Position numbers and translations under genes: made by a program. From NCBI GenBank assembly GCA_031295385.1, contig JAUMOL010000023.1, positions 230 through 64,229 of the forward strand: a stretch of DNA of 64,000 nt, in the 5' to 3' direction. This DNA is from Collinsella sp. (GTDB taxonomy: Bacteria; Actinomycetota; Coriobacteriia; Coriobacteriales; Coriobacteriaceae). The notes under the pieces were generated by a model. That model was not told the DNA's origin and made no database searches. It worked only from the letters and a program-made list of their open reading frames with translations. How positions within the stretch are numbered: position 1 is the first letter of the stretch; every line of letters starts with the position of its first letter. This document shows, one piece after another, positions 9,507-16,987 of the stretch.

Positions 9507-10040
9507 TTACTTCAGTGCGTCGGCGCGCAGATCGACGCCGGCGGATTCGAACACGAGCGTGCGGTCGTACCACTGCTCTTTTCTAATACTCCACGCGGCG
9601 CAGGCGGTGTCCTCGTCGAGCGCTTCAACGGGCACGTCGTAGGTGTATTTGCCTTCCGCGTTTTCCACATAGGGGATGAAGTCGGCCTCGCTCGCGGCGG
9701 CAGCCTCGTCGCCCGTGCCCATGAAGAGCTTGCCGTAGCCCGTGCCGGAAAGCGTCATCACGCAGTGCATGGAGCCGTTTTCCACGATGAGCTGGGCGTC
9801 CACAATCCTGAACATGTTCGAGCTGGAATCTACGGTGATCGGATAGGTGCCGTCGGCTACCTTGTCGGCGGTGATGGGGGCAGCGCTTGCGCCCTCGGGC
9901 GCATCGGCCGCCTGTTCGGTCTTTTCCTGGGAATCGGCATCGCTTGCCTTTGCGCTGTCGATTGAATTTCCGCCGCAGCCGGCGAGCGAGAAAGCGAAAA
10001 GCGCCGCCGACAGGGCGAAGGCGAGGGTTTTCTTCAACAT
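9507..10040 (-). CDS. Small lipoprotein, unknown function, paralogous to the N-terminal module of the downstream SBP
   Basis: ATG at 10040 after AAAGGAA. Signal peptide plus lipobox SLAGCGG. Pattern shared with the SBP module: Y-x-[IV]-[TS]-V, PV-x-LDED, TL-x-F-[ED]-S. Confidence 0.6.
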   Translation of the reverse strand: MLKKTLAFALSAALFAFSLAGCGGNSIDSAKASDADSQEKTEQAADAPEGASAAPITADKVADGTYPITVDSSSNMFRIVDAQLIVENGSMHCVMTLSGTGYGKLFMGTGDEAAAASEADFIPYVENAEGKYTYDVPVEALDEDTACAAWSIRKEQWYDRTLVFESAGVDLRADALK

Positions 10041-10066
10041 GGAGGGGTTCCTTTCAATCGCTTCGA

Positions 10067-10148
10067 CCGCCCGCGCCGTGCGGTGGGCGGGCGGGATGCG
10101 AATGCAACGGGCATGCGCCGTCAGTCGGGGAAGGCGCATGCCCGTTGC
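10067..10148 (-). other. Two tandem GC-rich stem-loops inside the operon (between the cbiK-like and lipoprotein genes)
   Basis: Perfect 16-bp stem GCAACGGGCATGCGCC/GGCGCATGCCCGTTGC (10104..10148) and 8-bp stem CCGCCCGC/GCGGGCGG (10067..10094). Neither is followed by a U-run. Confidence 0.6.
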
Positions 10149-10184
10149 ACGGGGACGCGACCGGCGCCCCCGTGCGCGGCGAGT

Positions 10185-11111
10185 TTACAGCTTGGCGATG
10201 GCGTCGTCCACGTGCGAGACGTAGATGTCGTCGACCGCGACGTTCTGTCCCAGACCCTGGAGCAGGCACGTCACTTCGAAGCCGGCGGCCACGAACTTCG
10301 CAGCCCAGCTGTCGGGGTCGGTCTCGTCTGCCATGTCGTTGTTCGCGTGGTCGCCCGCGACCACCATGAACGGCGCTAGCACGGCCTTCTTGTAGCCTGC
10401 GGCGCTCGCGGCGGCGATAACATCCTCGCAGGTCGGTTCAGCCTCGACGGTGCCGACGAAGAACTGCGTCAAGCCCTCGTTCTTAAACACTTCCTGCATC
10501 TTGGCATAGTCGGCGTTGGAATCGGCTTCGGTGCCGTGGCCCATGAGGCACAGCGCCGTCTTGCCGTCGTCGAAGGACGCCATGTTCTCCTTAATGGCTG
10601 CGGCCACCTTCTTGTAGTCGTCGTCGGAGGTGAGCAGCGGGTCGCCGAGCGAGATCTTGTCGAACTTGTCGGCGTACTTGTCGAGCTCGTCTTTCACGTC
10701 GGTGTATTCCAGGCCACCCATGAGATGCGTCGGCTGCACGACGATTTCCTTCACGCCGTCTTCCACGCAGCGGTCGAGCGCTTCGGTCATGTTGTCGATC
10801 GTGATGCCGTCGCGCTTCTTCAGCTTGTCGATGATGATCTGCGCGGTGAAGGCGCGGCGGATGTCGAAGTCCTGCCAGTACTTCTCGCGGATAGCGTCTT
10901 CGATGGCGCCGATGGTGATGTGGCGCGAGTCGTTGTAGCTCGTGCCGAAGCTCGTGACGAGGATGACCGGCTTCACGGCCTTCTCCTTTTCACTCGATTT
11001 CTCGGAACTCGCGGTGGTGTTGGAGCAGCCCGCGAGCGCGACTCCGGCGAGCGCGACGGCTCCGGTTGCTGCGGCGCCCATGAAGCCGCGGCGTGACATC
11101 TGGTCGGACAT
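10185..11111 (-). CDS. CbiK-family (anaerobic cobaltochelatase fold) protein with Tat signal and lipobox, predicted extracytoplasmic
   Basis: ATG at 11111 after GAGGAAAGGA. N-terminus MSRRGFMGAAATGAVALAGVALAGCS. CbiK His motifs LMGHGTEA and VVAGDHANNDM. Confidence 0.8.
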   Translation of the reverse strand: MSDQMSRRGFMGAAATGAVALAGVALAGCSNTTASSEKSSEKEKAVKPVILVTSFGTSYNDSRHITIGAIEDAIREKYWQDFDIRRAFTAQIIIDKLKKRDGITIDNMTEALDRCVEDGVKEIVVQPTHLMGGLEYTDVKDELDKYADKFDKISLGDPLLTSDDDYKKVAAAIKENMASFDDGKTALCLMGHGTEADSNADYAKMQEVFKNEGLTQFFVGTVEAEPTCEDVIAAASAAGYKKAVLAPFMVVAGDHANNDMADETDPDSWAAKFVAAGFEVTCLLQGLGQNVAVDDIYVSHVDDAIAKL

Positions 11112-11214
11112 GATTTTTCCTTTCCTCGGTTTGCCGGTCCCCCGGCGACAGTTGCTTGTCGGCACAAGCGAAAGAAAAGCGCACCCCTCGGGGTTCACAA
11201 GGAGCTAACGCCAC

Positions 11215-11365
11215 GGCGATGCCGTGAGGAAAAGGCGAAGCAGTCTGGCTTGGGGCGCGAGGCGGTTCGCCCGCGCGTCCTATACAGTAATGTCCCTTGC
11301 CCAGGATTCCCACCTGGTTCCCTCCGCAAGCCAGCGCGGGCTGTGCGGGCGCCGCGCCGGTCATT
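11215..11365 (-). promoter_or_regulatory. Probable cobalamin (B12) riboswitch in the leader of the cbiK-like/ABC operon
   Basis: The minus strand reads CTTGCGGAGGGAACCAGGTGGGAATCCTGGGCAAGGGACATTACTGTATA ... CCCCAAGCCAGACTGCTTCGCC. This matches the GGGAA / GGTG-AATCC / ACTGTA core and has a degenerate B12 box. Boundaries are approximate. Confidence 0.6.
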
Positions 11366-11569
11366 TCCTTTTATCCGATTGTCATATGCTCGTTGCCGAA
11401 TCTTTTACTATGATAGTGGGCACTTGTGAACGTGTCAAAGCCAGGGCGGGCGGCATTGCGCCTCCTGCCTGCGTATTTGCGCCGATTGCCGCCGCAGGCG
11501 CCGTGTTTTGCCCGCTGCGCGAATGGCGGCGTAAACGGTTGCGATGAGAAACGGGAAGGGAAGGCTCGG

Positions 11570-12361
11570 ATGATTCATATCGTTGGCGCAGGCTCGGGCG
11601 CCGCCGACCTTATCACGCTGCGCGGGGCGCGCCTTCTGCGCGCAGCCGACGTGGTCGTTTGGGCGGGAAGCCTTGTGAACCCCGAGCTGCTCGCTGAGTG
11701 CAAGGAATCCTGCATCGTCTACGACAGCGCGCACATGACCTTGGAGGAAGTGCTCGACGTGATGTGCGCGGCAGATGCGCGGGGCGAGGACGTGGTGCGC
11801 CTGCACACGGGCGACCCGTGCCTGTACGGCGCCATCCAGGAGCAGATGGACGCGCTCGACGCGCGCGGCGTGGACTACGAGGTGGTGCCCGGCGTGTCGA
11901 GCTTTTGCGGTGCCGCGGCGGCGCTTCGCCAGGAATACACGCTGCCGGGAATCAGCCAGTCGGTCGTGATCACGCGGCTTTCCGGACGTACCCCCATGCC
12001 CGCGGGCGAGGGCATGCGCACCATGGCGGAAAGTGGCTCGACTATGGTCATCTTCCTGAGCTCGGGTATGCTCGCCGAGCTTTCCGCCGAGCTTTTGGCC
12101 GCGGGCCGCAGCTCCGACGAGCCGGCCGCGCTCGTGTACAAGGCTACCTGGCCTGAGGAGCGCGTGGTGCGATGCACAGTGGGCACGCTCGCCGATGCGG
12201 GCGCGCGAGAGGGCATCGACCGCACGGCGCTCGTGGTGGTGGGCCGCGTGCTCGGAGCTCGCGGCGGGCTTGCGCACGGCGGCGTGCAAGCGGAGTCGTA
12301 CGAACGCAGCAAGCTTTACGACCCTTCGTTTGCCACGGGGTATCGGAAGGCGAGCAGCTAG
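11570..12361 (+). CDS. cbiF: Cobalt-precorrin-4 C11-methyltransferase
   Basis: ATG at 11570 after GGGAAGG. Motifs IHIVGAGSGAADLITLRG and LHTGDPCLYGA (tetrapyrrole methylase). Confidence 0.9.
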   Translation: MIHIVGAGSGAADLITLRGARLLRAADVVVWAGSLVNPELLAECKESCIVYDSAHMTLEEVLDVMCAADARGEDVVRLHTGDPCLYGAIQEQMDALDARGVDYEVVPGVSSFCGAAAALRQEYTLPGISQSVVITRLSGRTPMPAGEGMRTMAESGSTMVIFLSSGMLAELSAELLAAGRSSDEPAALVYKATWPEERVVRCTVGTLADAGAREGIDRTALVVVGRVLGARGGLAHGGVQAESYERSKLYDPSFATGYRKASS

Positions 12362-12362
12362 C

Positions 12363-13547
12363 GTGGCCTTCGAGCACTACATATATACCGGGACGACCCG
12401 CCTGCGCTGCGGCTACACCACGGGGAGCTGCGCCGCGCTCGCGGCGAAGGCGGCCTGCGAGATGCTCTTGTCACGAAAGCCCGTCGGCCTCGTGTCGATC
12501 GTCACCCCCGGCGGGCTGTCCGTCGAGGCGAACGTGGTCGACGCATGCATCGGCGAGGGGTGCGCCCAGTGCGCCGTTCGAAAGGACGCAGGCGATGATG
12601 CCGATGTGACTGACGGCGTACTCGTGTACGCGCACGTGGAACATGCGGGGTCGGGCACGGGTGCTGCGGGCGGCAAGGACGTGCCCGCGTGTGAATCGGA
12701 AGTTTCCGTCGATGGCGGCGTGGGCGTGGGGCGCGTGACGTTGCCCGGGCTCGAGCAGCCGGTGGGGGCGGCCGCCATCAACGCGACGCCGCGCGCGATG
12801 ATCACTTCGGCGGTGCGCGAGGTGTGCGCCGCGCACGGCTTTTCTGGAGATATTGCTGTGACGATTTCGGTACCCGAGGGTGTGGCCCTTGCCGAAAAGA
12901 CCTTCAACCCGCACCTGGGGATAGAGGACGGCATCTCCATCCTGGGAACGACGGGCATCGTCGAGCCGCGCAGCCTCGCTGCCTTGCGTGACAGCATCGA
13001 GCTCGAGATTCGGCAGCATGCGGCTATGGGGCGGCGCGGAGTCGTGCTCACGCCCGGCAACTACGGCGGGCAGTTCATCTCGGGGCATTTCCACCTAAAC
13101 GGTGCGCCGGTGGTCTTCATCTCCAACTTTGTGGGCGATGCGATTGATTGCTGCGTTCGCGAGGGATTCACCAATGTCCTTCTTGTGGGACACATCGGCA
13201 AGCTGGTGAAGGTCGCTGGCGGCATCATGGACACCCATTCGCGTACCGCCGACTGCCGCGCGGAGATTCTGGCCGCCCACGCGGCCTTGGCCGGCGCGGG
13301 CGCGAAGACCGTGCGCGAGATCATGTCGTCGGTCACGACCGCGGCGGCGCTCGAGGTAATCGAGGCCGCCGGCGTGGGGGACGCTGTGCGCGCTTCGCTC
13401 GCTGCGGCAATCGAGGACAGGTTGCGCCGTCGCGCGGCGGGCGCATGCGACATCGCCGCGGTCGTGTTCGACGCCGAGCGCCGCGAGCTTTTCCGCACGT
13501 CGGGCGCCGATGCAGTTATCGGGAAATTGGGGGCGACGTATGAGTAA
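12363..13547 (+). CDS. cbiD: Cobalt-precorrin-5B C1-methyltransferase
   Basis: GTG at 12363 after GGAAGG. Motifs LRCGYTTGSCAA and ILGTTGIVEP. Confidence 0.9.
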   Translation: MAFEHYIYTGTTRLRCGYTTGSCAALAAKAACEMLLSRKPVGLVSIVTPGGLSVEANVVDACIGEGCAQCAVRKDAGDDADVTDGVLVYAHVEHAGSGTGAAGGKDVPACESEVSVDGGVGVGRVTLPGLEQPVGAAAINATPRAMITSAVREVCAAHGFSGDIAVTISVPEGVALAEKTFNPHLGIEDGISILGTTGIVEPRSLAALRDSIELEIRQHAAMGRRGVVLTPGNYGGQFISGHFHLNGAPVVFISNFVGDAIDCCVREGFTNVLLVGHIGKLVKVAGGIMDTHSRTADCRAEILAAHAALAGAGAKTVREIMSSVTTAAALEVIEAAGVGDAVRASLAAAIEDRLRRRAAGACDIAAVVFDAERRELFRTSGADAVIGKLGATYE

Positions 13548-13773
13548 AGGCGTGCTGTACGGGGTGCGCCGCGCAATCGGCTGGCCGGGGACGAAGGTGG
13601 TCATGAAGGCGCGCCGCTCGCTTGCGGACACGAAGCGCTTCCTTTGCGAGGAGGGCGCCTTCGACGGTGCCGAGCTCGTAGAGGACTGTGGGCTTCCGGG
13701 CGAGCGCGTGTACCGCTCGCTCGACGATGTGCCCGATCGGGGCAGCTACTTCTCGACGATGGTGGTGCGCTAG
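13540..13773 (+). pseudogene. cbiL: Internally deleted remnant of cobalt-precorrin-2 C20-methyltransferase (cbiL), 77 codons
   Basis: The N-terminus MSKGVLYGV resembles the CbiL start. It joins directly to a CbiL-like C-terminus (VVMK...GLPGERVYRSLDDVPDRGSYFSTMVV). About 150 aa of the methylase core are absent. Confidence 0.6.
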
Positions 13774-14907
13774 ATGAGGGTTTCCTGCATAGCGTTCACT
13801 GAGAGGGGGTATGCGTTGGCGGAGCGCACCGCACGCGCGCTTTCCGATTGCGCGCAGACAGGTGAAGATGACCCTGGCTGGGACGTTTCCGTTTCGCGCG
13901 GGTTCGGCGAGGGGAAGGTCGACCTGCGCGCATGGACGGCGCTCGCGTGGGAAGCGTCGGACGCGCTTCTGTTCGTGGGCGCGGCGGGCATCGCCGTGCG
14001 GGCTATCGCGCCGTATGTCGCCTCGAAGGCAAACGATCCCGCGGTTGTGGCGATCGACGAGGCGGGGCGCTTTGTCGTCCCGCTTTTGTCGGGGCATTTG
14101 GGCGGTGCGAACGAGCTGGCGCAAACTGTGGCACGCGTGGAAGGGGTCATCCCCGTTATCACCACGGCGACTGACGTCCGCGGCGTGTGGGCGGTGGATA
14201 CGTGGGCGCGCCGTGTGGGGCTCGCCGTTTCGAATCCCGAGGCCATCAAGCGAGTGTCAGCGCGGCTGCTTTCGGGCGGGCGCGTGGCGCTCTATTCCGA
14301 CATGCCGATTTCGGGACAGCCGCCTGAGGGGGTTGACATTGCGTCAGACCGCGCTCGGGCCGATATCGTCGTGTCGCCGTTCGCTGGCGCGAACGCAGGT
14401 GCGTCCGTTTGCGCGGCGGAGACAACGGGCGAGGTCGTGCTCGCCGGTGAGACGGGGAAGCCGGCGGGCGTGCGGGCGCAGGTGCCTGCGTCCGAGCCGC
14501 TTCGCCTTGTCGTGCCCTGCATCGTTGCGGGTATAGGGTGCCGTCGCGGTGCGTGCGCCGAAGCGATCGGGGAGGCGTTTCTTCTCGCGTGCGGGCAGGC
14601 GGGCATCTCGCCTTCGGCCGTGCGCGAGGTGGCGACGATCGACGTGAAGGCGCACGAGGAGGGTCTGCTCGCCTTCTGCCGCGCGCGCAATATCCCGCTT
14701 GCGACGTATTCCGCAGAGGAGTTGTCGCAGGTCGAAGGCAGCGTTTCGCCATCTGATTTCGTGCGCGCGACGGTGGGGGTCGACAACGTGTGCGAGCGCG
14801 CGGCGCTCGCGGACGGGGGCAAACTTATCTTCCCGAAGCTCGCTCACGGCGGCGTGACCGTCGCGTTTTCAAAGGTAACTATCGAACTTTCGTTTAAGGA
14901 GCGGTGA
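13774..14907 (+). CDS. cbiG: Cobalt-precorrin-5A hydrolase
   Basis: N-terminal CIAFTERG and C-terminal VAGIGCRRG. ATG immediately after the preceding stop. Confidence 0.85.
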   Translation: MRVSCIAFTERGYALAERTARALSDCAQTGEDDPGWDVSVSRGFGEGKVDLRAWTALAWEASDALLFVGAAGIAVRAIAPYVASKANDPAVVAIDEAGRFVVPLLSGHLGGANELAQTVARVEGVIPVITTATDVRGVWAVDTWARRVGLAVSNPEAIKRVSARLLSGGRVALYSDMPISGQPPEGVDIASDRARADIVVSPFAGANAGASVCAAETTGEVVLAGETGKPAGVRAQVPASEPLRLVVPCIVAGIGCRRGACAEAIGEAFLLACGQAGISPSAVREVATIDVKAHEEGLLAFCRARNIPLATYSAEELSQVEGSVSPSDFVRATVGVDNVCERAALADGGKLIFPKLAHGGVTVAFSKVTIELSFKER

Positions 14908-15650
14908 TGGGAAAGCTCTTCGTGGTGGGGATCGGCCCGGGCGGCCCCGACGGCATGACGATTGCGGCCCGGCGCGCGCTCGAGGCGGCGGACATCGTTG
15001 TGGGGTACACGAAATACGTGGAGCTCGCGCTCGCCGCCGTGCCCGACGCGGCGCATCTCGCGACGCCGATGATGCACGAGGTCGAACGGTGCCGCCTGGC
15101 GCTTTCGCGCGCGCAGAGCGGAGAAGCCGTGGCGCTCGTGTGCAGCGGTGACGCGGGCGTGTACGGCATGGCGAGCCCCGTGCTGGAGCTTGCGGAGGAC
15201 TACCCCGATGTAGACGTGGAAGTTATCGCCGGGGTCACCGCGGCTCAGAGCGGGTCGGCGGTGCTCGGCGCCCCGCTTGCCCACGACTTCGCGGTCGTGT
15301 CGCTCTCTGACCTGCTCACGCCGTGGGAGGTCATCGAGCGCAGGCTCGCCGCCGTGGCGAGCGCCGACTTCTGCATCTGTTTGTACAACCCGCGCAGCAG
15401 AAAGCGCGCCGACAGGCTCTCGCGCGCGGCGAAGATTATGCTCGAATGGAAGGCCCCCGACACGCTCTGCGGCTGGGTACGCAACATCGGGCGCGAGGGG
15501 CAGCAGTCGGGCATGTGCAGGCTCTCCGAGCTGGGGGAGATCGACGCCGACATGTTCACCACCGTGTTCGTTGGCAACGCTGACACGAAGCTCGTAGGCG
15601 GCCGTATGGTCACGCCGCGCGGGTATCGGGAGATTCCATGCGAAAGGTAA
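14907..15650 (+). CDS. cbiH: Cobalt-precorrin-3B C17-methyltransferase
   Basis: Motifs KLFVVGIGPGGPDGMT and SGDAGVYGMASP. The start overlaps the cbiG stop (GTGATG). Confidence 0.9.
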   Translation: MGKLFVVGIGPGGPDGMTIAARRALEAADIVVGYTKYVELALAAVPDAAHLATPMMHEVERCRLALSRAQSGEAVALVCSGDAGVYGMASPVLELAEDYPDVDVEVIAGVTAAQSGSAVLGAPLAHDFAVVSLSDLLTPWEVIERRLAAVASADFCICLYNPRSRKRADRLSRAAKIMLEWKAPDTLCGWVRNIGREGQQSGMCRLSELGEIDADMFTTVFVGNADTKLVGGRMVTPRGYREIPCER

Positions 15651-16987
15651 CGATCATCGGGGCGGGGCCCGGAAACCCCGACTTGCTCTCGCGCGCGGCG
15701 CTCGACGCGATCGGCATCGCCGACGTGGTCATCGGCGCTCATCGCGCGCTTGCCGGCATCGACGTGCCGCCCGACGTGGTGAGATGCGAGCTCGTGAAGA
15801 CGGCGGACATCGCCGCCGCGCTCACCGATGCGGCGTCGTGGCGGCGCGCCGTGGTCGTGATGACGGGCGATGTGGGGCTGTTCAGCGGCGCGCGCCGCCT
15901 GGTGGAGGCGCTCTCCGGCGACGCGCAGGTGGACGTGCGCGTCATTCCCGGCATAAGCTCAGCGTCTTATCTCGCCGCGCGCCTCGCGCGTCCATGGCAG
16001 GATTGGCGCTTCGCGAGCGCTCACGGCGTGGCGTGCGACATCGTGGCCGAGGCCGAGCGCGCAGGTGAGCTCTTTCTCGTCACGTCGGGCGGGGAAGACC
16101 CCTCGCGGCTTTCGGGCGAGCTTGTGCAGGCGGGCTTCGGGGACGCGCGTGTGACGGTGGCCGAGCGCCTGTCGTACCCCGACGAGCGCATCACCTGCGC
16201 GACCGCAAGTGAAATCGCAGGTCAGACGTTCGACGACTTGAACGTGATGCTTATCGAGCCCGCAGGCGGCGCCGTGTCGCCTGCGGGCTCTGGCGCAGCC
16301 TCCGAGGCACCGGCCGGCGCGTCTGCGCCCGCGGCGGCTTCTTCCGCGGCGGACTCTGCGGGCGCATCTCGCGCCGCGAGCTCCCGCTGGCCGTACGCTT
16401 CCTCGGGAATTCCCGACGAGCTCTTCATCCGCGGCGACGTTCCCATGACCAAGCAGGAGGTGCGCGCCGTCGCGCTCGCGAAGCTTCGCCTTACCGCGAC
16501 CGACACCGTGTGGGACGTCGGCGCCGGCACGGGGAGCGTGTCGATCGAGGCGGCGCTCGTCGCGCGAGCGGGGTCGGTATGGGCGGTTGAGCGCAGCGCG
16601 GCCGGCGTGCGGCTCATCCGGGAGAACGTGGCTGCATTCGGGTGCGGCAACGTGCATGCAGTCCCCGGTGTCGCCCCCGAAGCGCTCGCGAAACTGCCCG
16701 TCCCCGACGCCGTGTTCGTCGGCGGGAGCGCGGGCGAGCTTCCCTCCATCGTGGAGGCGGCGCTCGAGAAGAACTCGCAGGTTCGTCTGTGCGTGCCATG
16801 CGTCACCGTTGAGACGCTCACCGAGGCGTGCGCGCTCCTCTCGGGTTCGCGCTTTAAGGGGTTCGAGGCGTGCCAGGTGTCGGCCGCCCGCGCCGAGGCT
16901 GTAGGCTCGCACCATCTTATGAAGGCGCAAAACCCCGTGTTCCTCGTCAGCGCGCGTGGTGCAGGTGGGGAAGGCGGTGCCCGGTGA
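15638..16987 (+). CDS. cbiET: Fused cobalt-precorrin-6B/7 methyltransferase-decarboxylase (CbiE-CbiT, CobL-like)
   Basis: N-terminal VTIIGAGPGNPDLLS (CbiE) and C-terminal VWDVGAGTGSVSIEAA (CbiT SAM site), joined by an A/S/G-rich linker. Confidence 0.85.
   Translation: MRKVTIIGAGPGNPDLLSRAALDAIGIADVVIGAHRALAGIDVPPDVVRCELVKTADIAAALTDAASWRRAVVVMTGDVGLFSGARRLVEALSGDAQVDVRVIPGISSASYLAARLARPWQDWRFASAHGVACDIVAEAERAGELFLVTSGGEDPSRLSGELVQAGFGDARVTVAERLSYPDERITCATASEIAGQTFDDLNVMLIEPAGGAVSPAGSGAASEAPAGASAPAAASSAADSAGASRAASSRWPYASSGIPDELFIRGDVPMTKQEVRAVALAKLRLTATDTVWDVGAGTGSVSIEAALVARAGSVWAVERSAAGVRLIRENVAAFGCGNVHAVPGVAPEALAKLPVPDAVFVGGSAGELPSIVEAALEKNSQVRLCVPCVTVETLTEACALLSGSRFKGFEACQVSAARAEAVGSHHLMKAQNPVFLVSARGAGGEGGAR

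Noticed and set aside
11161-11200. An intrinsic terminator as the riboswitch expression platform (ACCC-CGAG-GGGT then GCGCTTTTCTTTC on the minus strand)
   Set aside because: The stem is only about 4 bp. That is too weak to call by eye, so the regulatory mechanism (transcriptional versus translational) is left open.
11366-11569. A possible second cobalamin riboswitch upstream of cbiF (plus strand)
   Set aside because: I looked for the GGGAA / GGTG-AATCC / ACTGTA core and a B12 box on the plus strand. I found only GC-rich hairpins and an isolated AAGCCAGGG. cmsearch RF00174 would settle it.
11426-11569. Long N-terminal extensions in the ORF track (for example cbiF from 11426, cbiD from 12195, cbiA from 16870, cobT from 18266, cobS from 19932, cobC from 20594, cbiB from 21529, cobD from 22668, cbiP from 23848)
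   Set aside because: The extensions overlap the preceding genes, are Arg/Gly/Ala-rich, and have no family similarity. Family-typical N-termini with an RBS or stop/start coupling occur at the internal starts reported.
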